A stretch of 57,574 nucleotides of DNA, the filler included, from Bipalium vagum (Eukaryota), in the NCBI GenBank assembly GCA_037834085.1. It is 3 parts of 3 records of this genome, joined end to end, with 100 filler letters (N's around TTAATTAATTAA, not from the genome) between each part and the next. Parts side by side here need not be neighbours in the genome. Positions count along the whole stretch, not along the records: positions 33,083 to 57,574 come from JBBMKC010200608.1; 2 more parts are not named here. One strand, 5' to 3'. Under the pieces are notes generated by a model, which saw only the letters and a program-made list of their open reading frames with translations, was not told the origin of the DNA and did not search any database. Made by a program: the position numbers and the translations under genes. Below are positions 47,851 to 57,574 of the stretch, piece by piece (position 1 is the first letter of the stretch; every line of letters begins with the position of its first letter).

Positions 47851-48949
47851 ATGCTCTTTTGACATTGAAAGCAACATGTTTTGGAATCATGAGGAAGATA
47901 TCAATTATTATGAAGATCTGTTCAACAAAACTAAAGTAGTCTTACCACAATGGACTTTAATTCTGGATATATTTTCCGTTGAATGCCTGGGATCATGGCA
48001 AACTCGGGATTACGATATTCTCAAAAGCCAACAGTTTTTAAAGCGAAAATCAACCGAAATCGGAAAATTTGCCTATCTTCAAACATTAAGTGGAGTGCAT
48101 TTAAGTGGAACTTTCATCGGAATGTCGGAAAGCTGACTCTAATGGAAATATATAAATTTATTAATGATTATTGTTTAAATAATCAGAACAGGCACAAAAG
48201 ATTGTTTTTTGAAATATATTTTTGTATTGTGGAATTTCTTCTCGATAATATTGAACAAATTACCACTGAATATGAATCATTCCGAACTGAACGATATTGC
48301 TAATGATGATCCACAAAGCCATGAAGAAGAAGAAAGTGATGATGGCCAAAATCTAACAGATTGTGATAAAGAATTAATATAAAAATGTGATTATCTGAAC
48401 AAATGGAAAATTTTGTAATAAACTTTTTTTTATTTAATTTTTTTAAAAATGCCATACTAGACTCACAGCAATGTGCTAATGATTTATGTACATGTATTTG
48501 TAAAATCTTGTTGTACAAAATATAATATTGTTTGTTCGAATCCCGGTATCTTCTATTCATTTTCAACTAACAGCCTTAATTGTATAAATTCATATAGATC
48601 AGAAAATCTACGAAATGAACATATTAGATTTTGTCAAGAAAGAGAGGAGGAAAAACTCTTTCCAGAATAAGATTATTGAAAATTTAAAAACCATTATCTT
48701 AGAAATAAAATACCATTTGTAATATAAAGTGAATACACATATATATGAAAATATTTCAAATGATACAATATTTATATCTGAACAACTTACTTTAGCAATA
48801 AGAATTTATATTAAATCGAAATATCCTGATTTATATGAATCAAAATATTTTGAATTTTATTGAGAAATCGTTTTAGATGATTTTATTATTGAATTAATTA
48901 AAGTAAATAATGTTTTCTCAAACATAGTAAGAATTACAAGTTTTATTAT

Positions 48950-50450
48950 AAAATTAGAATAATTGTATCTGAAGATGAAAAAATTAATTATTCAAATTCT
49001 ATAAAATGTATATATTGTCAAGAAGATTTAGAACATAATGATGAAGTTCAAAATCATGATAATTTAAATCGAAGATACAGATGTGCAGCACATAATAAAT
49101 ATAATATAAATGATAGAAGTACTGAAAACTTTATCATTCCTTTTATTTTTATAATAGAAGTAAATATGATTTCCATTTATTCTTTGAAGATATTACAAAG
49201 AAATTTCCTTATCAAATAAAAAATATAATAGGATATATAATGAAATTTTAGTTTTAAAAATATTAGATTTTAAGATTTATTAAGAATAATGGATCCTACA
49301 ATTTAAATTGAAAAAATAGTAAAAATATTAAAAGATACATCTAAACATAAAATATTAAATGAATATAATGTTAAACCAAAAAAATAGTTTATCTCTATGA
49401 TAATATTAAAGAAGAAAACTTTAATGAAGTAAATTAATTATTATTAAAAGAAGATATTCCTCTGAAAATAGTTTTGATTCAGTTTAAAAACAATAACAAT
49501 TTCAGATGAAAAATATCAAACATTTTTAGAAGATTATAGGAACTTTATAAATCTATAAGAATATACTTTACATTACACGAAATTAAATATTTCAATTTTA
49601 GCTGATTTTATGAAAAATATAAGAGAAAATGTTTAGAGTATTATGATATAGATTTATCTTTTTGTTATTCTGCTTCAGGATTAAGTTGGATTTGTGGATT
49701 AAGATTTAGTAAAATAAAATTAAAATATTATTAAGATAAACATATGATTATTATTTTGAAAAAAGATTTCTGAAATATTATGATGCGAATTCTTCATATT
49801 CTAGTTGCCACTACTAACAGGAGAATTAAAAGAAGATAAAAATTTAATTTATGAAAGAACATTCGTTGACTTCATCCAATAAAGAAGGACTTGTATATGT
49901 AGTTGATTTAGAATATCATTTTGAATTACATGATTAAACTAAATATTTTCCATTCTGTCCATTAAAAAGAAAATTAAAAGAAATTATGTTATCAAATTAT
50001 CAAATTATAATTATAAATAATACTTTAAAAAATAATGTTAGGTCAATTTGATAAATATGTTATATATAATTATAATATATGATATATAATATAATGATAT
50101 AATACTAAGTTCAATGTTAGATTGGTATTTAGATCATACAATGATATTAAACGAGATTGATAAAAAATTAGTGTAAGTGCATAATCTAACTTTCAGAAAA
50201 TTTTATGTTATAAATTTTTAAGTATTTAGTGATAGTTACTTAAAAGATGAAAAGTATTTAATGATAGCAAAGTAAAATGGATTAATAAAAGCAATAAAAT
50301 AGAAATAAAAGAATATGATAAAATCTTAGATAAATCTTCCAATACTTGTGTAATGAAAATGATAGTTTTGGTTTAAAATCTGAGAATCATAATGTTTATA
50401 TTTATATTTTCCAATTGATGATAAAAGAATAATTGAAGATAAAAGAGAGC
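48950..50450 (+). mobile_element. Degenerate Polinton/Maverick-type protein-primed DNA polymerase B relic
   Basis: Ordered motifs across frameshifts: CIYCQEDL...NHDNLNRRYRCAAHN, SKYDFHLF, LAD...CLEYYDIDLSFCYSASGLSW, YYDANSSY, VYVVDLEYHFELHD*...PFCP, KSENHNVY, DDKRII. Confidence 0.85.
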
Positions 50451-51848
50451 TTTTAGCAAACAAAGAGAATTTAAACATTCAAAAGAATTATTTGGATGCA
50501 GTTTTGATTTTCTAATAATTTTTTTTTAATTTTATCATGAAATGAATTGGAAAAATCAAAGAAAATACTGACATACAGATCATATTTATACATGGTTTAC
50601 AAGATAATTATAATAATTATAAGAGGAACAATAAGAAATTAACGAAAAAATATGCATTCTCTTAAAGTATCAAAGATTTTTTTATGCGATATCAATTGGA
50701 AACTGATATCAAATTTACATCTTTGTATTTTTTTGTTTCCAAAATCAAAATAATTTACATAGATTTTCTATGGAGGGAATTGACAATAATTAACAGTTCA
50801 TTAAAATGGTTGAAAAAGAGAACAACCTTCTTGAAGTATTTCGTTTTATTTCGAAGTATTTGTAGTGTTTTGAAAAGTCATGTTTAAGAACGACCAGAAG
50901 CTAATGAACAGAGTAATTTATGTCCATCATTAAATCATATCTTAACAAAACACTGGATGCTGGTTCAGGGTTTTACCAAAATATAAAATTAAAGAAAAAA
51001 TGTTAAATCGTTTAAGTTTAATAATCTTTATTATTAAAAATGAAAAATATGATTTCCTCATGTGATGTTTTTCAGATTCGAAACAATACGTTTCTCTCTA
51101 TTCTAGAAAGAATTTTAAATCTTCAAATTTATTTAAAAAGATATATCTTTTCATAACATAAATGATTTTTTCTTTATAAATATTTCCATTTAGAAAGTTA
51201 TAATTTAAAGAACAATACAATTGTAGCAGGTAAGTTCGAAAAGTTGTTTTCATTTGAAAGAGAATTTCATGTACGTTAAATAATAAAATAGAAATTAATA
51301 ATAAATTAAAATAATAAAAAATATTCATAGAAATTCGGACATGCTTAAATGGTGCACAATGGTAGTATATTTTCATTCATAAAAAAATGAACAAAAAATT
51401 TTTAAAAATGTCTCTAAATGGTAAGTGCAATGTGAGAATTCACAAATTATCTATAATGCATGATTTTCTGTCTAACCATTATACCCAAAGAATATATTTA
51501 AGAAAAATATAATTGAAAATAATCCGATATTTTTTATAATCACTCTTAAGCAGAATCCTCATCAACGAAGACATTCAGTTTGGTAATTAATTATTTCTAA
51601 AATAATGCGAAAAATTGTCAAGCAAAAGATATCAGCCTAAACAATACAATGTTATATTTCATAAATTATTGTGATGCAGAGTGGTGTATAATCTTATGTA
51701 AATTATTTTAATATTATTTTGATAATAGATTGAAAATAATAAGAATATAAACAACATATTTTAAATATGAATAAGTCTTAAGTTGGATCCTAAGTTTCAT
51801 TATTGATTCAAAAAGAAATTAAAGGAAAATAATATTTATTATCTATTA

Positions 51849-51920
51849 CAATGATTCCCAAGCTATGGGTCGCTACCCAAAAGTGGATCACCAAATTCTG
51901 GCAAGTGGGTAGCCAAAATG
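51849..51920 (+). mobile_element. hAT-type terminal sequence
   Basis: CAATGATTCCCAAGCTATGGGTCGCTACCCAAAAGTGG resembles Charlie/Buster ends (CAGTG.TTC.CAAC..GGGTCGCGACCC); partner end not identified. Confidence 0.5.
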
Positions 51921-54900
51921 TATTAGAAAATACACTGCTTTGCATAATTGTTGTTGTGCAAAATTTTACATGCAACATATTGTTTAAGTGAGTAAAACTT
52001 TTTAAAAAACTTGAACAGCAAATTACTTACCGACATTCAAAAATTGAATAGAACTTTAATAACGAGCGTGTCTACCATTAGCTGTGTTTACAGCTTGAAT
52101 CCTGCAATATCCCATTTTTGTAAATCTTAAACTCAAATTAATCATTTTAGCAAAAAGTGACAATTAACGTGCGTGTGTTAATCATTGTTTACTGCCATGC
52201 ATGACACAAACATAGAAATCGTAATTGCTGTACTTTGCTAACCGATTTTTGTGTGTTTTTTTAATGTGTTTGCTATATCAAAAGTAAATAACTTTTATTT
52301 AAAGTTTAAGAATTTAATTTTTTATTTTCATAAACATTGTAAAAATATAACACTACGGATAAGTTTTTAAATCGAAAACGCTAAGTTGTTTCATATGAAT
52401 GTGATCATGGCTCTGAGTCGGACGATGATGCAAATTCAACTGTTGACAATCGACTTCCGAATATGAAAAAATGTCCGCCGAAACATTCTATTATATAATT
52501 ATTTTTCGATATAGGTATTAAAGCTTAATTAAATGACTTAGAGGAGTCTGTGGTTTTCCAGTTTAAAAACTCTAGGCTGAGTTATAAACAAATGTTCGAA
52601 TTGATTGGGACAAATACATTAAGTAATGTGAATTTTGAGCATCTAAACGTATTGTATTGTAATTAGTCCGATATTATTTGCTGATGTCAGTTAATTCAAT
52701 AAACAATATTTCTATCTGAAAAATTAAGCTATGTACTTATTAATAAGTACTTAGAATGAATTCGATGATTTTTTAAATAGATGTTAATCTAGAGAAGAAT
52801 TCTGAAATATTCACATTAAGTGAATAAAAAAAAACATGAAAGTGCGAGATATGTCTATGTCTAGTCAAGTTTGTTAAGTATAAATAAAATATGCATTTGA
52901 CTAGATGAGTTGTAACCCCCAATGACAAAGAGAAGTGTGGCGGAAAACGCAAAATCTCTGCAGTTGACGACAAGAATATTATCAGAAAAAGTGTTATCAA
53001 TCAAAGAACAGCAATGCCTTATAAGTTATTATTCATCTTTTAGCTTTAGAATGAAAACGAAGATCAATCAAAAGCAGTTGTTGACCAAAACAATGAAGTG
53101 CAAACAAACAAAATGGGTAAAGCAATACAAAAGCTAAACATAGGATGACTAGAGTACAGGAACATTTTCCAATGAAAGTCATTTTGAGATTAATTCTTTC
53201 CGAATACTTTCTTGAGTAGAATTTTAAAAAGTATTCAAAGATAAGCCTTCAAAAATATTACAGAAGATTATATTTTCTATTTTAATATTTAAATTTTAAG
53301 AGAAAAATGGTCTATAATAGATTCTGTTGCTATATATTACAGCTTTGATATGCATTTTCACTTTAACATGTATCTTTATATTGAAGTTTTTCAAAATATT
53401 ATTGGATTGGTAATCTTTTTGATCACTTTGTTCATATCAGGAACATTCAATATGTCAACCTCTTTAGATAAATTTAGTTCTCTAAAACTCTCCAAACCGC
53501 TTTGGTCAAATGATACATTATACTTTCTGAACAATCCTGTAATCTTTTAGGTTTGTGTTAAGTAATATATTTCTGTTTTCCGCATTGTTAATAACAAATA
53601 TTAAAATTTCTTAAATTATTAAAAATTTTATGAATAATAATAAAACAAAATTTTTTTTGCTCTGATTCCTAATACGAATTACTTTTATCTAAGATATGAA
53701 CTCATTTTCCAAATAAAGTATTATCAAAATATAAGGTTTTTATACAATCTGACTAAAATATTTTATAAAACCTTTTTGTCATAATCGAAAGTGCGAATGA
53801 ACACCAAGATTTGAAATAACATAAAGATGTATATATCACGAAGATGTTTTTTAATATAATATTTAAAGATTATTATTTATTCTGTTTTAATTTATATTTA
53901 TTTACTTTCAGTCTTTTTCTAAGAAGTATTTGTAAATTAAAAATTTATTAGAGGTTTTGTTCCTATTATTTTGTAACCCATAAGCCTGTTTTGGCTATAT
54001 GAAGATGATATATTATTTATTAATAATTAAGACTTGAAGACCTAATTCTTAAACATTAAAAATTTATTATAATTAACTCATTGTCATTACTGCCACTTCC
54101 ATTAAATTCTTTGTTAAATAATTTATTTATCGGCAAATATGAATCTAAAAGATTATATATTTACTTAACTGAACAAGAAATATTTCCATTTTTATTCATG
54201 GATGAAATGACATAATTTATTTGAAATTCTAATAGAATACAATTGTCAAGAGCTGAGAGTCTAAATTTTATTAAATTGTTATCTACTTTCATGAAATAAA
54301 ACAAAGTAATTTCTCAAAAAGGTTTTCTGTTCATTTTATTTTCTTTTTTTATCATTTTTGAGAATATTATCAACAAAATCATCTAAAATTCCATTTACTC
54401 CAGGAACTATATTTATTTCTTCTGATATTGTAAAAAAATATTTTATAATTAAATTTAATTAACAAACCAAAACTATAAACGTGTAACATTCAGTTGATTT
54501 TAATAGAATAAGCAATTTGAAATGATGCAAGTGTTTTAAATAATCAAAAAAATCAGGAAAACAAATTTGATTAGGAATTTTTTTGAAAATCAAACGCAAG
54601 ATAATATTTTTAATGAAATGAATGTAAAAGAATATACTCAAACAAAAACAAAATGATAAATATTTAAAATAATCCTTTGATTAATTTCATGCCTTTCTAA
54701 ATTCATCAAATTTTTATTTATTCAATATCTCAGTAAATAAACAATTAAATAATCAAAAAATAAAAAAATTAGAAAAAATTATATTAAAACATAAATGTTT
54801 TTTCTGTCCCAGACTCATTTATACGTCAGGTAACGTTGATAAATTGCATTTTTTTCAATAGTATCTTAATTATATTTTTTTCATTTAATCTTATTATATT

Positions 54901-55074
54901 TATTAACTATTTTTATTAAATTAAATATTAAGTTACCGTAAAATCTCACGTATAACACGCATCTGTGTATAATACACCAGTTATATTTAAACCTGAAAAT
55001 TGAGGAAAACTATATATTTTCATATAATACGCAGCCCAATTTTGGAAAAATAATGAGATTATATAAGTACGTTA

Positions 55075-55215
55075 GACTGAAGACATACTTTTTTCCAACA
55101 GTGACTTTTTCGTTCCAGGGTTTCATATCGGTGTCAAGGATGTTGATATATCTGTGAGATATCAAGCCTTTTCTCAAAAAGGTGATCTCGAAAGACTCAC
55201 CTTCACTAGATATAA
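55075..55215 (-). mobile_element. maT (DD37D) transposase fragment
   Basis: ISSEG...GL...YINILDTDMKPWNEKVTVGKKYVF resembles maT VSSEG...YI.VL.T.VKPW..RVA.GR.YVFQQD. Confidence 0.65.
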
Positions 55216-55224
55216 CAGTGTGCT

Positions 55225-55776
55225 GAATGACCAACAACGAAAAAAAAGGCTGATAAAATTATGGCTACGATTTTCTGGGATACCAATGGTATATTACTCT
55301 TAGACTATCTTGAAAAATTGAAAATTATCACATGATCTTATTATACAGCGTTGTTTGATTGTTTGCAGAATGGACTCAAGAGAAGTCGATAACATATGAT
55401 GAATAAAAAATTGCTGTTTCATCATGAAAACACTCTCTCACACTTCACTAGTAAAATTAGACGAATTAGGATTTGTATTGATATCTCAAATTCCATATTC
55501 TACGGATTTGGTACCCAGTAACTTTTAATTTCCAAATTTTTAAAGATTTCTTTCCAGTAAGAGATTTAATTCAAATGAGAAAGTGAAACAGGAAACAGAA
55601 TAGTATTTTGGAAGATTTCGAGAAAACGTATTTTTTAGAAGGCATAGAAAAAATTGAAAATCGCTGGTATCGTTGTATTGATCTACAAAGATCTTATGTT
55701 AGTTAAAATACATGCTTTTGTTTGATTTCATTGTTAGTTTTTGATTAAGCCAGAAACTTATCAGACAACCTAGTAA
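55225..55776 (+). mobile_element. mariner relic (3' half)
   Basis: KIMATIFWDTNGILLLDYLEK, LFHHEN, PYSTDLVPSNF, RWYRCIDL; TIR-like AAACTTATCAGACAACCTAGTA. Confidence 0.85.
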
Positions 55777-57149
55777 TCATTGGTAATTCAACATTACATT
55801 CTTTTATCGATTATCAGTATTGAATGACATATGGACTGATTCTTCCTGATTTTAAAAAAATCAATAGTTTTTTGTATAATCTAACTTTTTCTAAATTATA
55901 TTATTTGATATTTAATTTCTGGATCCATAATTAAAACCCGATATCACTCGATTACATTTCGCATTTAATTTTGGTTATAAAGTCGGAAAATTTTTTCTTT
56001 AAATATGGAAAGGAAAGCACCAGTGACTTTAATAATTTGATAATTTTATATATGATAGAAATATATACATGTAACAATTTTCTCTTCAAAGTTTTAAGTA
56101 AATAAACTAAATATCAATAGAAAAGTTAATAAATTATTTATTTGTTTAAATTTTAAGACATTATTTAATTAAAAAATTTTTGAGTCTAAATTTCAACAAT
56201 TTTTCTGGATAAAATCTCAATGTTTTTTTAATTTAAACCCTCTTTTTTTTACTGAGCTCTGTATGAATATAACAGAAAATAAAACAGTTTCACATATTTT
56301 CAAAAATTATTTATTCAATTAATGACTCTTAAAATTTCTAGAGCGTGAAAATAATAAATCTTTTTTTAATAAAAATAAACTTAACCATTAATTTTTGAAG
56401 TTAGTTCAGAAAAAATAATATAGTTTAATATTGAAAACGAAAATAATTCATAATTTGCTCTTCTCTTTAATCAGTAATAATTAATTATTAAAATCCTTTG
56501 ATAGTTAATCAAACTTTACAGTTACTGATTCCATTATTGACAATTTAAATGTACTGAACAATGTAGCGGTTTAAGATGCTTCTAATGAAAGAGTTATCCG
56601 AAATCAATTTTTTATTGAGTGTATTATTTTAAAAACTTTTGGTATTCAATTTAAATATAAATTGAACCTATTTATATTGAAAATAGGAAAAATTATTATA
56701 TTATTAAATAGAATTTTTTATTTTTTAATTACGAAATATTCTACTTTTTAGAGTATTTGAAAAAATTCTTAATTTTAATTTTTCAAAATCAGAAATTAAT
56801 AAAATTTATTAACATTTAGTGGATTACTTTTAACTTTATTAAAAATTTAATTTTCGTTTATACATCAAATTATAATAACAAATTAACGTAATTGAGTAAT
56901 TTTCAGATTTTCTAATTATGGAAATTACGATTACGTCCAAAAAGACATTTGCAATTTGAATATCATATAATTCTATTAAATTTTGATAAAATTTAATTTT
57001 TTTGAATTGATATATTGATCGATTCTTGAAGTTTTATTTAGTCATAAAAATTCAGATAAAAATAACAATTTAAGCGGGTATGTCACAAGGTGGTATAATT
57101 GAATTGGTCCGTACTTCTTTCGGGAAAATGTCACTGGCAACAATTACGA

Positions 57150-57490
57150 AAACTATACTGCAAAACTTTTGGTGCATCTTAATTTTAACAAACTTCGAGC
57201 CTTTTGTGCAAGATTTCAAAATTAAAACTTTAACAAAACATGGATTGATCGTGGTGACACACTATCTTGGCCAACAAGATCTCCTGATTTAACTCTACTA
57301 GATTTTTTCTATGCCGTTATTTAAAGAATAATGTTTATAAATACCATCCATAAAATCTACAGCAATTGGAAACAATAATTATACAAGAATTTTCGAAAAT
57401 ACCCATTATTATGTATCAAAGTGCAATGACTGCTTTTATTGATCGCCTTGTCAAATGTGTTGTTCTTGATGGCAAACAAGTTAAGTAAAA
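57150..57490 (+). mobile_element. rosa (DD41D)-type Tc1/mariner relic
   Basis: WIDRGDTLSWPTRSPDLTLLDFFL..YLKNNVY...CVVLDGKQ. Confidence 0.8.
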
Positions 57491-57574
57491 TAAAACTTAA
57501 AATGTCTTACTAGTTCTTCATTTAAAATATCTCATGATGTTTTTTTCTAAATTATGAAATTTTTATCATATATA

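Noticed and set aside
47860-48700. Short ORFs that may be another DNA-transposon relic
   Set aside because: No diagnostic motif recognised.
54945-54982. Helitron 3' hairpin plus CTAG-like end
   Set aside because: Weak hairpin, ends CCAGT, and no 5' end found.

Overview
AT-rich animal (metazoan) genomic DNA made of three contigs (1-15762, 15863-32982, 33083-57574) joined by artificial N44-TTAATTAATTAA-N44 linkers. High AT, introns mostly 45-60 nt, and abundant mariner/Tc1/Merlin relics suggest a flatworm such as a planarian (inference only). I assembled these gene models by hand from GT-AG splice sites: a complete 11-exon Abl tyrosine kinase (-, about 1005 aa); a 6-exon RING-HC E3 ligase (-, about 246 aa) with a 27-nt intron; a 5'-incomplete acidic protein of more than 2000 aa built from about 26 copies of a 40-aa E/T/V/I repeat (-); a single-pass membrane protein with a tyrosine-motif tail (+); a secreted PAN/apple-like gene with an in-frame TGA at a Cys position; and a wrecked SETD6. 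The SETD6 locus has a Gypsy element with only 82/89-bp LTRs (AGTTA...TAACT termini, ATGTT target-site duplication) inside a coding exon, plus a perfect 211-bp inverted duplication. The rest is decayed mobile DNA: two Polinton/Maverick-type protein-primed PolB relics, Merlin, hAT/Buster, pogo, mariner, maT (DD37D), rosa (DD41D), Tc1/IS630-like elements and MITEs. The most interesting observation is that this Abl lacks both SH2-kinase linker prolines and the linker phospho-tyrosine (P242A, Y245F, P249E, human 1b numbering) and has a degenerate SH3 ligand surface, resembling the engineered constitutively active Abl-PP. I found no convincing wholly new multi-gene system.
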